From Octopus bimaculoides (taxonomy: Eukaryota): a stretch of DNA of 64,000 nucleotides. Positions 12,200 through 25,792 of the stretch are shown here, piece by piece. The position numbers were made by a program, and so were the translations under genes. Below the pieces are notes generated by a model. The model searched no databases and was not told the DNA's origin. It saw only the letters and a program-made list of their open reading frames with translations. The stretch spans positions 13,473,459 to 13,537,458 of the forward strand of contig NC_068988.1 in the NCBI RefSeq assembly GCF_001194135.2. The letters run 5' to 3'. Every line of letters starts with the position of its first letter. Positions within the stretch are counted from its first letter, which is position 1.

Positions 12200-12965
12200 A
12201 TCTACCTCTGTAAAGTCCTCAACAGCAGTTTACTCTGCCTCCTTGATTCCTTCCATCTCTCTATCACTAATCTCCTCTACTCTCTCTCTTCTATTCACGT
12301 ACAATCTTACTGCTGTAATAAAAATAAGTCTCTCCTGATTATATCACCATGCTGCTTATGTAACAAGGGATGGTATTGGACATGCTTGTATTCCATCTTC
12401 CAACCATCATCCTTATCACTGTTTCTCGTCCATCACAAAGCCTATGTGTAAAGGATTGCACCAGAAATGCTTGTATGCAACACTCATTATCATCACCCTT
12501 TCTATACTGCTAATCATTACTCTCTCTCCTCAAGATATTTGTTATTGACTTCCTCCATCTACCATAATTACTAACCATCACTCTCTTTTCCTTCTACCAC
12601 CCTCTCATCTCAATCACTGTTTCTACCATCATACTTTTGTTCCCTTCACCCACCTATTCTGGTTCTTCTGTCAGCAATCTCTCAGCTGTTTATCTTCTTG
12701 GTCATATTGCCTTGAGTGAACAAACAGAGCAGCAAGGACTTTTTTATCTTACAAGGTAAAAATCAACTTCACTAGAGCTGGTGCCAAAATAAAATGCATC
12801 CAGTGCACTGTAGAGTCGTTGATGATAGGAAGAGCAGCATCCAACCATAGTGAGTGAGACATGATCCTCTGGGAGGGTAGTAACTCTGAGTGAGAACTAG
12901 ACAATAATGAGTCATCCTACCCATACCAGCACAGAAAGTGAACATTAAACAACGATAATGAAGAA
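12200..12965. mobile_element. Degenerate RTE remnants (minus-strand ORF end followed by a plus-strand tail)
   Basis: Purine-rich minus-strand stretch, then gataggaagagcagcatccaacc...cccataccagcacagaaagtgaacattaaacaacgataatga. Confidence 0.5.
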
Positions 12966-13080
12966 AGTGACAGCAAAAGTATAGAACAATGTAATAACAT
13001 AAACTATTACTCAAACTATGAGCTGCTTTTTGATTAATGTAAGATTCTTGAATATAACTATGGAATGGAATCTTTTATCT

Positions 13081-13437
13081 CTTATTTGTTTCAGTCATTG
13101 GATTGTGGCGATGCTGGGGCACCACCTTCAAGGGTTTAGTGAACAAATTGATCTCAGTACTTATTTTTAAGTCTCCTACTTATTCTATCAATCTCTTTTG
13201 GCAACTTCTAAGTTATGGGCATGTAAACAAACTTACACTGATTGCTAAGTGGTGGTGAGGACAAACACAGACACATACACATACATACACACACATATAT
13301 ATGATGGGCTTCCACACAGTTTTCATTTACCAAATTCCCTAACAAGGCATTGGTTGGCCTGGGACTACAATATGAGACACTTATTTAAGGTACCACACAG
13401 TTGGACTGAACCCAAATCCACGTGGTTGCAAAGCAAA
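13081..13437 (-). mobile_element. Family A SINE (tail type 1)
   Basis: tgtttcagtcattggattgtggcgatgctggggcaccacc...gactgaacccaaatccacgtggttgc. Confidence 0.85.
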
Positions 13438-15759
13438 TATGATCAGATGTTAATGTATGGAACAGATATGTCATATTTTTGGTTTATGCTAAACACAGCA
13501 GCATTGTCTTCCTTGGAGTACACTATGAAAATGGAGCATATGGAGCACTTTGAAATAAAAGTGAATCATTCTTAGCTGATAGTTTTTTTTTTTTGCAAAG
13601 CAGGACTTAAGATAGAAGTGTTAAGTTTATTTTTAAATTTACCTTTTACAAAGCTGATGTTTGTTTTGTACAGCAAAATTGAATGCAATGAGTTTATTTC
13701 CTATGAGTGAACAATTTCAATGAACCAACTACAAACACAGCATGTGCACACACATGCTTATTGATGTGTGTGTGTGTGTGTTTTGTCAGGATTAAGATAA
13801 TGAATTGTAATAGCTGATTTGTTATCCAGTATGTAACCTAATTAGTGTTGGAAGGAGACACCTTTTAACTGATGTCATGTGAAGTAGAAAAGAAAAACGT
13901 CCATTTTATTTAAAATAAAAAGGCAAAGCAAAAAAAAAAACATTGAACAAAAAGCAAAACAAAGAAAAATTCTCAATATTTAGAAAAGAACAATTGCATG
14001 AGTCAAGAATCATGTATTTGATGCTATAATATACCATCTTACCATAGTGAAATTATACAACAAAAGACTTGTTGAGGCTGAAGTGGAATCAGATTACTAT
14101 AATCTGCAGGATGTGCAATGTAAATCTGAAGGATTGACTGAGTTTAGTCAAGCTTAGAAAGCAGCTAAAAACCAGAGAGGCATCAGGTGGAGAGAGAGAG
14201 GGGGGGGGGAGGAGAGAGAGAAAAAGAGAGAGATTTTAGCATAAACTTGATATAAGAAAGCTGAAGCTAACAAAAGATGACTATAGATAGCTAAGATCTT
14301 ATGTCCAGTTTTTAAACTCAGTTGATCCATAGCAACATGAAATAAATTAAAATGTTTATAATATGCTGATATTTAGAAAGAAAAATGGCAAATGATAAAG
14401 AACTTTCCACTTATAATTTCTAGTAAAGATTAGGGTAAAAGTTTGTCCCCCATATCCTAACTTTTGACACAGCAACAAGTTAAATGCATAATTTAACCTA
14501 ACTTCTGTTGCTGCGTAGCAACAGAATTGGGTAATAGCCAATATTTTGTAGAGATTTGATTCACGATGAAATTATGGATTATATAACTTTAACAAAATTA
14601 AATTATGTCAACAAATTAATGTAGTAAAAGTTATATATACGTAATAAAAGTAAATGATATACATAATTAAGATGCAGTTTGAGTATTATGAAGATTTATT
14701 TTGGATAGTCAGATATAGGGTTAATAAAATACATAACTGAAATGTTGCTCAACTGTATCCACTCAACAAGTAACAATATTCTTAGTCCATTCCTATGAGA
14801 TATTTTTATGCAGATATTACATATACTGCTTTCAAAAGGAAAAAAATAATAAATAAAAAAAGTGATAACTTCCAAACATATCATTTTTAATCTAATATTT
14901 AATAACATATAAGAGAATTTTGGAATTCTATATCAAATGGTCTGTTGCAAAAATAGGAGAATTAGTAAAGCTACTGAATAAAATCAATCATAGCAAAAAT
15001 TAACATTGCGAAGCTTTTATGATAGAATTTTATTGAGGATCCAAACTGAAAGGATTAAAGTTCAAAGTTCTGTCAAAAGCATACTGGCAGTAACTAGTTG
15101 CCAGCTCTCAAAACAAGGATTATCAATTGATTTCTAACAATGGTTTTAGAATCAATCAGACAGAAATGCTAACATTATTCCTAGGAATGATGCAATAAAG
15201 AATTTTAGAAAATTTAACAGATATCTTTGTGGCAACAAGGTTATTTTTAGACACACTGAAATCAGAGGATGTTGGCAGAATACCAATAAAAGTACAACAG
15301 AAATTTGATAGACTTTAAAAAAATGACAGAAAATGATAAATAATTTAAGAGGATAATAATTCATAATAATTTATTATAATAAAGAAAAAATAAAGCTAGA
15401 AAAAATTGACGTCCATGATGATAATTATGATTAGAAGTAGCCAATAAGCAGAGGTGAGCAATATTTGGACAATTAAATATTCTTTTTCACAATTTCTCAA
15501 AATGGAAAATATAAATAAGCTTTTGTATGAGAATTCAAATGTTACATAGTCACTGTATATGTTCTACATTATTAGCATTAAGTAGAAATAGGTGTGTTAA
15601 TGGAAACTGGGTATTTAAGACTGTGGCAGCTAATAGGATATAAAAGCATGGTGGATGATATGGGGAGTAGTTATATGTGGAATATGTAATAGTGTTATGT
15701 TATTGAGGGATTATAGTGGTAAATACATGAGACTAAGATAGTACACATAACAAGACTTA

Positions 15760-16050
15760 TTATGACAGCCCAAGACATCAAATGGCATGAATTCAGGACC
15801 CTAGAAGAAATTATGGACCCATTCCACCTATCTCCACTATTGTTACTTAATAAAAGTATGTTTTGCTGGCCACAGCAACCAGGCTGAACATCAGGCCAAC
15901 CGAATGTTATATTTTGGAGACTTTTGAACCCTAACAGGGGACAAAGACCACTTAACTAAACTGATGTTATTGGCGAACACATACACCAACATGAAATTGA
16001 GGACCTACAAAAGCTAATGGGGGAGAGATTCTTGGCACAGCATAGTGCAA
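15760..16050 (+). mobile_element. Degenerate RTEX-like LINE 3' ORF fragment
   Basis: Frameshifted KWH...EE...FAGHS...W resembles the RTEX C-terminal pattern (W-xx-H-x-TNEELY...FAGHC...DR-xx-W). Confidence 0.5.
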
Positions 16051-17169
16051 TGCTTTTCTGTTAATGGCTGCTTGAAGTGGTCTAGGAACATATATTTATA
16101 ACAACATGCTGTATATATGCAGAAGTAAACTGCAGTATTTCTATAGTCATGATCTATTTATAGAGCAATGAAAGTTGATTAGATCATCAACATTGTTATT
16201 GTATATTAATGAATATATGAGCATCAAACCATAATAACGACTCATAATTTCCAACTCAATCTAAGACAATGAAATTACTACAGTTATTATATAGGGTTAT
16301 TGAATAAGTTTTCATACAGTCAATATCTCAATACCAATGAAGTTTCTCTTGAATTAGTTACAGCAAACTCTCTTTCCACACTGATCACCATATTGTATCT
16401 TGATATGGCAAATTATTTTGAAATACAGGCTTCAACAAGAAACAAAAAGCAACTGAAATAAATTTGCTGAAGCTTAGCAGAAAATTATTTTTATAATTTT
16501 TCATCATTTTTATTGACCCTTTATGAAACAACTACCTGTTTAATAATAAACCATGGGTTTTTGTATTTTTATGTGTTTTTGCCTTGTGTACAACTATGGA
16601 AGCTTATCTGTTCAATGTTATCTCTAAATGGATTCTATGTCCTTTTTGTTCAACCAGGTTTCTGAAACTACATTTCGATATCTATTATTTTCTAGTATTT
16701 AAAACGTTTTTTTCTTTTATTTAAGGAGATGGTATTTTGACTATAAACATTATAAAAGTAAATTTTTTTAGGTCACAATGATTGCAAGAAAAAAAAAAGG
16801 ATAAATCACTCACTTTAAACTATTAGCTTATACACAATCTGAATGCTAGAGAACAGACATATGTGTGTGTGTGTAGACATACAAACATAATGATGCTTTT
16901 GGACATATGAAACCAATCTCTAATCCAGACATGCAACTCCAAACATTGCTTAAGAGTTGGATTTAGTTTGAGTGACATTTTTCTGCTATACAATGGATGT
17001 ACATATTTGCCTGTCAGAGCCAAACAAATTAAATTTCTATACAAATTTTTTGACCAGACTGACAACATCCATTTCTTATGCACTTGAATGAACTGAATGT
17101 AAGCATGATAGATTTTTAGTTTTTCAGAGAAATGTATAGTTTTTATTGCAACAGGTCATGCAAGCCCAA

Positions 17170-17450
17170 ATTACTTTAGTCAGTTTTGATGGTAGTGACA
17201 CCACTTTGTATAGTATTTCTGCTGAATGTTATTCAAAATACACCAATACAATCTTTTTGGAGTCCTTCATCACCAAATGGTGAATGTAGTGATTTTTTTG
17301 CAGCTGCCCTGAATGAAGATAACCTTAAAAGTCACCCATTTCCTTAAAAAAATCTATAGCATGGTGAGAAGCAGTCAGTAAGCATCCATCTCCAGTAACT
17401 ATGACTCCAAAATTTCATGTCACAATTTTTGATTACATCATTGATAAGCT
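17170..17450 (-). mobile_element. Possible degenerate mariner transposase fragment
   Basis: Minus strand gtcatagttactggagatgga gives VIVTGDG (compare IVTGDE, first catalytic D); a later ...IGVF resembles M-xx-VFWD. Heavily decayed. Confidence 0.35.
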
Positions 17451-17529
17451 TTTTCATTTATCCATGACAACAGGTCTTAGGATGATATAATCAAATAGTT
17501 ATTAATAGTTAGTCTTGCTAAAAAGTATA

Positions 17530-17740
17530 ATATCGGTTTTAAATTTTGGTACATGGCCAGCAAGTTTGGGGGAGAGATTAAGTCAATTCCATCACTTGGT
17601 ATTTATTTTATTGACCTTGAAAGGATGAAAGGCAAAAAAATCAACCTTGACAGAATTTGAACTCAGAACACAAAGACAGACAAAATGCCGCTAAGCATTT
17701 TGCTTGATATGCTTATAATTCTGCTAGCTCACCACCTCAC
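17530..17740 (-). mobile_element. Family B SINE
   Basis: ggttttaaattttggtacatggcc...aaggatgaaaggcaaa...ctgctagctcaccacct. Confidence 0.85.
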
Positions 17741-17985
17741 TAAAGAGTATAATAGTGAATACTAATTTATATACTTTTCCAAAAAATTCCTCAAGTGAGT
17801 GTTGTTGATTTTTGTAGCTTTATTAATGTTGTCGATAATTGTAGTATGCTAATTAAAATTTTCATGTTTAAACATACATAATTTAAGAGTAAAAAAGTTA
17901 TCTACATACAATTTGAAACTTAAGTAATGATTAAATAAGCAGAAATAACATTTAATTAGTAGTATACTCTTGACACCACTGTGTA

Positions 17986-17993
<8 letters not shown>

Positions 17994-18060
<67 letters not shown>
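17994..18060. repeat. Long pure (TA)n microsatellite
   Basis: About 33 uninterrupted TA units. Confidence 0.97.
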
Positions 18061-18064
<4 letters not shown>

Positions 18065-18789
18065 GAGAGAGAGAGAAAGAGAGAACATTTTCTTTCTCTA
18101 ATAAAAGATCCACTAAGTAAGTCATTGTTCCTTTGATAATTATAAACAAAATAAAAGAAGAAAAATAAGTATCTTTTCCAAAATAATTCAAGATCTATAA
18201 TTTTATGAAATCATACTTCAGAGAGGGTTATGTAAATTGGAGAAAAGTTACAAAAGTTACTCAACATTACTAAGGATTTTCAATCTGTTATCACATGAAG
18301 ATCATTAAAGATCCACATTGAATTTGCTATAGTTTGTGATTGAAGTCTAATTTATTATCATATTTAATTATTAGGTTCAATTTATTGTAGCATAATTAAT
18401 AAATTCTGTTAGCTAGTTCAAATTTATTTTCTAGTTGTTTGTATTTCAAACAGATAAATAACATTATAAAAGTGAGACAAGTTGGCAGAGTGGCTGAAAT
18501 GTAGAAGTAATGGCCCAAACACTACAACTGGTTGTTTATTAAACTTTAAGGTAGTAGTCAGCTACAGGTGGACCACTGAGGTGTTCACTAGGGGCCTCAG
18601 AGCTTCTATAAACAATTTTTCAAATTTAATGTATTTGTGAATCATTGAATGAAGGCCTTTAAATAGGTGATTTGTTTAATTATTGCATACTAAGCAATGC
18701 CAGCGATAGGAATGGCGAGGGGGATACTCAGGAATATTTTTCAGCGTAAGATACATTATAATATGGGCAAATTTTTCATTTTTTAAAAT

Positions 18790-19191
18790 CTTACTTGTTT
18801 CAATTATTTTACTGTGGCCATGCCGGGAGAGCACCTTGAATGGTTTTAGTGAAACAAATGTCATCCCTCCCCACCTAGCACTTATGATTTTTTAAAAAGT
18901 CTAGTACTGATTCTATTGGTCTCTTTTGATAAACCACAGGTTACATGGATATAAAGAAACCAACACCAGTTTTCAAGTGGTGGGGGTGGAGTGATAAATA
19001 TGGATACAAAGACACACATACAAAATCATATTTATATATATGACAGGCTTCCATATAGTTTCCATCTACAAAATTCACTCACAAGGCAATGATCAGCCCA
19101 GGGCTTTAGAAGAAGACATTTGCCCAAGGTGCCATGCAGTGAGACTGAACCTGAAACTACATGGTTGCAAAGTGAGCTTCTTAACTGCACA
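18790..19191 (-). mobile_element. Family A SINE (tail type 1)
   Basis: cttacttgtttcaattattttactgtggccatgccgggagagcacc...cccaaggtgccatgcagtgagactgaacc. Confidence 0.85.
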
Positions 19192-19824
19192 TTGGATCAT
19201 TACAAAAAGTTACTGAACTCTGTTCTAATGTATAGCACATTATACAATACAAAAGTGAGATGAGCAAATGGATAAGGTGCAGTATTTCTTTCCTACTCAT
19301 AGGTCATGACTTCAAATTGACTGTCAGTGCTTCAACTCAGAGAAGAATGACATATTTTGCATTGCTTCAGTTTACCTAGCTGCCAGAAATGGATGCTAGA
19401 TCATCTGGAAATATTTTCAGCAATAATATCCAAAAGATGTTCCATCCAAAAGAAGTTGTATTTGATCTGCTTCATTACATGAAACTGGAACTAAGAACAT
19501 TTATATTTACATTACTCATATATCATCACCTAATTGTAAGGGGGTAAACTGATATTAATGTTGGCAAAGAGGTAGATGTTAAACAGTAGATCCAGGAATG
19601 AAAGAATGCTTAATGCGCAATCCATTTGAGACATTTATAAGCCATGTTACCAATAAACATATTAAAACATGACTGAAAACTTTAATGAATAAAAAAGAAG
19701 TTAGAGCAACAAAGACAAGTTCGTGTTAGGAAGTAAATGAGGAGTGTATTAAATAATTATGTTACATATGGACAGACATATATTCACGCGTGCGTGCATG
19801 CGTGCGTGCGTGCGTGTATTGTGT

Positions 19825-20252
19825 GTTTAGAAAGCTTAGTTCTTAACTATGCAGTCTTGGGTTCAGTCCCACTGTATGGCACCTTGGCTAAGTGTCTTCT
19901 ACTATACCCTGTTAGTGGATTTGTCAGAGAGATACTGGATAAAACCCATCATACACACACACACACACACATGTATGTATGTATGTATGTATGTATATGT
20001 GAGTGCATATATGTATTGTTGTCTTGACATCATGTGATGGTTACAAACAAGCATCATCATCATACAGCTATATTTTTAGTGTTCTAAAAAAAAAAAACAT
20101 ATCTGGCTATGGGGAAATATTACCTTATCTGGGAAAAGGTAAGGGTTAGTAATAGGAAGAGTATCCAGCTGTATAAAAACCTACCTCAATAAAATTCTGT
20201 CTGACCTATCCTAGCATTGATAGGTAAATGTTAAAACAATGATAATGATGAT
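19825..20252 (+). mobile_element. Family A SINE (RTE tail)
   Basis: gggttcagtcccactgtatggcaccttggctaagtgtcttctactata, central (CA)/(TATG) repeats, tail gttaaaacaatgataatgatgat. Confidence 0.8.
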
Positions 20253-20814
20253 ATATATTAGGGCCCAGACTTATTGAACATTATCATATGTGCTCAGACT
20301 TCGCTACACCCAAAATGTTTTGTTTGTGAGAAATACACATCATTTGCTGTGTAGCTTTATTTTTGCTTTCAGTGACTGGATTACATCTTGTTTAGACCTC
20401 ATATTTGCATAGATTCTATCCGAAGAAAATCAAATGTAAATTTTAGACTGATTAATCAAATGAAATCTCAGCTATCTTTATTAGGATGCAGATATGAAAT
20501 TGCTTTATTCAGCTTTGGTCATTGGACTATGGATCTGCTAGCATACCAATTTCAAGGGTATCGTCAATTGCATTGATCCCAGTATTTATAGACTGTTGCT
20601 CATTTGAACGACTTTGGAATAGCAGGATTTGAACTTGGGATATAAACAAATACCACAGACTCTTCTGTTTATGCTCAACTGATTCTGCTATTTCATATTT
20701 CCTTTATAATTGCTAAAATCCAATTATGACAATTTTATTTAAAAGAACTTGTTAACATTATAATTTTAGTTAATAATATAATCAAGTGCCTATTTTAAAC
20801 CAAGTTATAACAAA

Positions 20815-21015
20815 GATTTCAAATTTTAGCACAATGAAAGCAATTTTTGGGGCATGGGGGTAAGTCAACTAGATCAACCCATGATCAACTGGTACTTATT
20901 TTATTGATCCTGAAAGGATGAAAGGCAAAGTCGGCAATCTCAGAATATAGACAGACAAAATGGCGATAGACAGTTTGTCGAGCTTTCTAATGATTCTGCC
21001 AGTTCACTGCCCTGT
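20815..21015 (-). mobile_element. Family B SINE
   Basis: tttcaaattttagcacaat...ggtacttattttattgatcctgaaaggatgaaaggcaaagtc...gattctgccagttcactgcc. Confidence 0.8.
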
Positions 21016-21631
21016 ACCTGGTTATAATAACAAAGGATGTTTTTATATAATGTCTGTACAATGTATCTTATCAATTGTTCAGGAGAATTATAATGTGTAA
21101 CCATATACAAACACACACACACACACACTCTGAAGTAGCAAATGAAGCACTGTGCTGTATATATTCATCAATTCTATTCAGAAAGTGTATATTTGCTATG
21201 CTGTTGTCTTATATGAACTTCAATATCTGTGTTTGTTCCAGACAACCAAGTGTTTTCATTATGGCTTACACACTCTTCCAAACTTGAATATTCAAGAGCT
21301 CATTTTAAATTGATAAAACTCACATACATATGAAAACAAAGCTGACATTATAAAAACAAATTAAAAACATACAAGATTAATTAACACTTGTTCAAACAGG
21401 TGGAGAAGTTGTTAGATTACATCAAATATTGATACAAAATTATAAATATATTGATGTTTACAATTAAGATAAAGCTATTCATTTATAAGTGAAACAAAGT
21501 AGTCATGCTGAATGCAGAAGACAAATAATCAAGGAAATTATAAGAGCAGAATTGCAGGAAAAACACTTTTTAATAATGGAAATCCCTGAATTCTTATTGT
21601 CAGACTGAATGTCATCATCATCATCATCATC

Positions 21632-21843
21632 AAGGTGGCAAGCTGGCAGAATCATTAGCACACTGGACAAAATGATTTTCATTTTGTCTGCCATTACATT
21701 TTGAGTTCAAATTCTGCCAAGGTAGACTTTGCCTTTTGTTATTTCAGTGTTGAAATAAGTACCAGTTGAGCACTGGATTTGATGCCGTCAACTAGCTCCC
21801 TTCCTCCAATTTCAGGTCTTGTGCCTATGGTAAAAAGGATTGT
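21632..21843 (+). mobile_element. Family B SINE
   Basis: aaggtggcaagctggcagaatcattagc...gagttcaaattctgccaaggtagactttgcc...ggtcttgtgcc. Confidence 0.85.
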
Positions 21844-22599
21844 CTAAATGAGCAAATTTATTATAAAAGGCATTCCAGCCATGACCATTATAATTTTTCC
21901 CAGGAATAAATAATTCAAGAAAAGCTTAGCTGCTATTACTACTAAGTTGAGTGACCACGTAGAGGTTCTCTCATTGACTGAGTTGACCTTATTGATTGTC
22001 ATCAAAGAGGTAGAAGTATGAAGTACATATTTCACTTGGTTAATTCACAGATGGCTGATACTGGAATCAATTCTTTTGCTGAGGAAGGTGAATCAAACCT
22101 TTTCTGTAGATTAGTTAAGCATCCAATTTCTTTCTGAAATGTAGCTCCACTCACTGGAGGTCCACATCATCAGAATATTTTGCCAAAATTCTTGTTGCTA
22201 CTCACCGTTTGGATTCTCACAGTGTAGAAAGACAATACATGGGAATGTTTAACTTGAGCCCCTCATTGATGGTTTAGAGAGAGGTAGAACTGTGAAGTAT
22301 TTTTATCACTTATGCATTTTTAAAATGCACCAGGGTATCATAAATTATTCATATAATGCAAGTGATATATCTTTGTTATCAATGATATGTGGGTAGTCTC
22401 TCACAGTGCGAGGAAGGTGAAGTGTTGTGCTGTCAAAGTCACATATGACTACTGTGATGTGCAAATATGGCATGAGTCAGGGATGTAGATAGATATGGCT
22501 ACCAGTGGACATGGGGCAAGAATAGACAACTTTTTATGTTCTTCATAGCTCACTTGCCTTAAGGTACTGCAAGCAGCACTTAGCTTGAAAGTTGCTCCT

Positions 22600-22870
22600 T
22601 GCTTTTGAGCATCAGTAGCACCACATACATTGTGTTCATTAAGTTCATATAAGTACAGTTTGGCCCACTCCAGGTTGGACTAAAGGTTGTCCTTTTACTT
22701 CTTATATGGGAGACCTTGAGCATAACTACCCTGCTCCCACTCTTTGCAGAACAGCAGCTGCAGTGTCCTGGACTGAGCTATACACATTATATGGCATGTT
22801 AATCTGATCTGAGCCTTAAGGGTCTTCTTTTCAATGCATGTGGAGTTAGCTCTGTCTAGGATAGTGAGAT
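22600..22870 (-). mobile_element. Degenerate RTE LINE ORF2 C-terminus
   Basis: KAQIRLTCHIMCIAQSRTLQLLFCKEWEQGSYAQGLPYKK*KDNL resembles the RTE/BovB-type Q-LRW-x-GHV-x-RM-xxx-R-x-PK-x-LL-x-GEL-xx-G-x-R-xx-GRP-xx-RYKD. Confidence 0.7.
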
Positions 22871-23884
22871 TAGAGACATAGTACTGCCAACAAATTTGCA
22901 TTACGAGAGTAGTTACAAAATTACTCAAGCTGTTTATAATACGATGCATAAACAATATATTCATACTGTAACAATAATTGTAACAGAACAACATAAACAA
23001 ATGCAATTGTAAGGATAAAGGTCTAAGGAAGTGTTTGATACAGGATCTAAAGCACAAGGTTTAATATTGGTGTTGGCAGGAAGAGAGAGGGAGAAAAGTA
23101 AATGAGACAGAGTTTAATTATAGCACAGAGAAAATTCCGAAGCACAGCAGATGTGTTCTACTATTTTTTGCTAATAGTAAAAGTTGTGAAATGAGAATGC
23201 AGTTTGATGGAAGATCATCAAACTGGAAAAAATTTGGAATAGTTGATTTTCCTTTTAGAAAATTGAATTTTAGATCACACACATGAAACTAAAAGAGATA
23301 GACATAGTAATCCACATATGGGAGAAGTATTACATAGTAGTATGCCTTTGGGTTTAGTTGATAATTGCTCAGGGTTAAAATACATATTTTTAGATATGAA
23401 AAGAATCTGCTTATGAAATTAAAAGGATCACTCAAGGGATTAACTGAAGATGCTATGTTCAACTCACAGAGGAATTACTTGTAGACTCTATTTTCTACTT
23501 CTCTACATTTTAATGAATTCCTTTCTTTGGTCTTTGCACTAAACAACATGCACAACTCTTTTTTCCCTTCCAAGACTGACTCATTCTAGAACTTCCTTTT
23601 TAAAATATGCTTCTTTATTTTTAACCTTTTCAAAGCCTTTAATTGAACTTAAAAAACAGAAGTCATTAAAATGAAAGAATTGAAAGCAGAACATCAAGCT
23701 GACACATTGCTATGGAAATATTCACTTGCTAGAAAATAGCGTTATTTTAATACAAGATAATTAAAGCACACATTTTCTAAATTGAATTTATTTATTTAGT
23801 TCGTGATATTAGGTAGAAATATAAGTTGAGTTTAAAACAAACTAGCCACACATTATTTTACATATAAAATACAATTACATTAGT

Positions 23885-24247
23885 TAACCACATGGATTTG
23901 GGTTCAGTCCCCATTGTGAAGCACCTTGTGTAGGTATCTTCTACTACTGCCCTGGGCTGACCAAAGCCTTGTGAGTGGATTTGGTAGAGTGGAAACTGAA
24001 AGAAGACTATCATGTGTGTGTTTGTATGAGTGTGTATATGTTTGCTTCTCCTTGTACTGACATTGTCATACAAGCAGTGTCATTAATTACCAATGTTTTG
24101 TGAAAACATGTCTGGTTAAGGAGAAATATTTTGCTTGGAAGCTGATGAGGAGTGGTGATAGGAAAGGTATCTTTCTGTAGAAAATTTGCCTCATTAAACT
24201 CTCTCCAACTCATGCAAGCATGGAAGAGTAGATGCTAAAATGATGAC
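23885..24247 (+). mobile_element. Family A SINE (RTE tail)
   Basis: accacatggatttgggttcagtccc...gaccaaagccttgtgagtggatttggtag...catggaagagtagatgctaaaatgatgac. Confidence 0.85.
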
Positions 24248-24835
24248 AAGAAAGATTAGTTACTGTTACTGATCAGGTGCTATTGACTTTAATTGACCAG
24301 GCTTATGGTCATTGTCTTAAATGTGGGGTAAACTGTTTTCAGATTCAGGCATTTCAAAATTTAGTTTCCATTTTTAAACAGGAATAGTTAGGTGTTTTTG
24401 AGGGAGTATTTGACAGTTACATATATCAAGTTAAGCAACCATGTAGATGTCTAGTCATTATTAACTTCAATATATGTTGAAAAATGGCTGATTTACATTG
24501 GGTAAAATTAAAGTAATTGGTAAGTAAGTAGCCAACACTTGCCAAAAAAAAAAAAAGAAAAAAAAAAAGGAACAAAGAGATTTAGTGAGATGAAGCTGCT
24601 ATAAGAACATTAGGTTGTCATGGAAGAAATAGCATTGAACAGTGATACACTAAAATGATATTTTTGCATATTTGGTCAAAGTAAGCCAGCACAGAAAATT
24701 GACATCCAAATATTGTTCATGTTGATGATGATGATAATGGTGTGATTTGGTGGTGATAATAATGATGATGATAATGATGATAATCTTATATTAGCTAAGG
24801 CAACATCTAAATATAGAACTATCTAATAATCTTAC

Positions 24836-25004
24836 CCAAAATTTTGAGGAAGTGTTAGGAGATCTCCGACACCAAAATAGTCCACACCACTTGGTTTTGA
24901 TAAGTCATCTAAATCCATTTGTTGGTAGATGGCGCCTGAGAGATCCCTTTTATCACATATTAGAGGATGGAAAGGCATCAGTGATGGCTTGGTCAGCCGC
25001 ATCA
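24836..25004 (-). CDS. TRAPPC13: TRAPPC13 internal coding exon (169 nt, phase 1 to phase 2)
   Basis: Minus strand reads ttgttttcctttcttttgttttttAG|TG ATG CGG...TTT GG|GTAAG and encodes (V)MRLTKPSLMPFHPLICDKRDLSGAIYQQMDLDDLSKPSGVDYFGVGDLLTLPQNF(G). This aligns without indels to human TRAPPC13 V16-G72 as I recall it (VMRLTKP...LGEMLTLPQNFG). Confidence 0.96.
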
Positions 25005-25792
25005 CTAAAAAACAAAAGAAAGGAAAACAATTATAAAGCAGTCCAAAATAATACATTAGTAAATGAAGTAGCAATTAAATTAAAGTCACTAAATATCAAA
25101 TGAAATAGTTGGTTCTGTGAAGCTAGATGAAAGAAATATTTTCATTATTAACTGAGAAGTTGAGGTGCTGAACAACTGAGAAGGTTGGTAAAGGTTGCCA
25201 GAGTGCAATTTCTCCACCTTCACTGTAAGGAGAAATTAAATATAATGTCATCATCTCAAAGCATAAATACATGGTTACAAAGATTGCCACAGTTGGGATA
25301 TTATATGTGACTTACCAAGTTATAATTGCACCAACCCTATACACAAATTGCTTTAACAAAGATGCCTTAATAATATGGAATTATGATTTGAAATGAGAAA
25401 AAAGCAATGCATTATTGTGAATTCATGGAATAAAAAGAAGAAAAAAAAAAAGCTAATGAGTAAAATTTCCAACTCTAGAACAGAAGAATGCTAGAATAAT
25501 TATTTTATGGTATAAAAACATTTTGCTACCGAATTTGTTTCGGAGCAAATTATTGAGTCTACAATGATAGCGTTTACCAAATGCAATTTCATTGGCTCTT
25601 AAATATTTCACACATTGGAGAGGCAGGGGAGAGAGAGAGAGAGAGATGGGATGAGATGGCCTAATAAGAGAACTTTTACACTGTTGCATGATCTGTTAGA
25701 AATAATCGCCGAGTCTTCCTGACATTATATCATAACCTGCTAGCTAAAAGAAAAATAAAAATGATAAAAAAGGCTCATTTGTAGTAACTTAA

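Noticed and set aside
14503-14526. 10-bp stem hairpin as a Helitron 3' end or terminator
   Set aside because: No CTRR terminus downstream, and intrinsic terminators are not relevant in this eukaryotic context.
15148-15240. Exon-like segment NQSDRNANIIPRND resembling a PTP motif
   Set aside because: Similarity is limited to a few residues, with weak splice signals and no companion exons.
17850-17983. Tc1-like terminus (cagtggtgtcaagagtat on the minus strand)
   Set aside because: No matching second TIR or transposase sequence found.
24852-25103. Plus-strand 83-aa ORF
   Set aside because: Antisense shadow of the TRAPPC13 exon.
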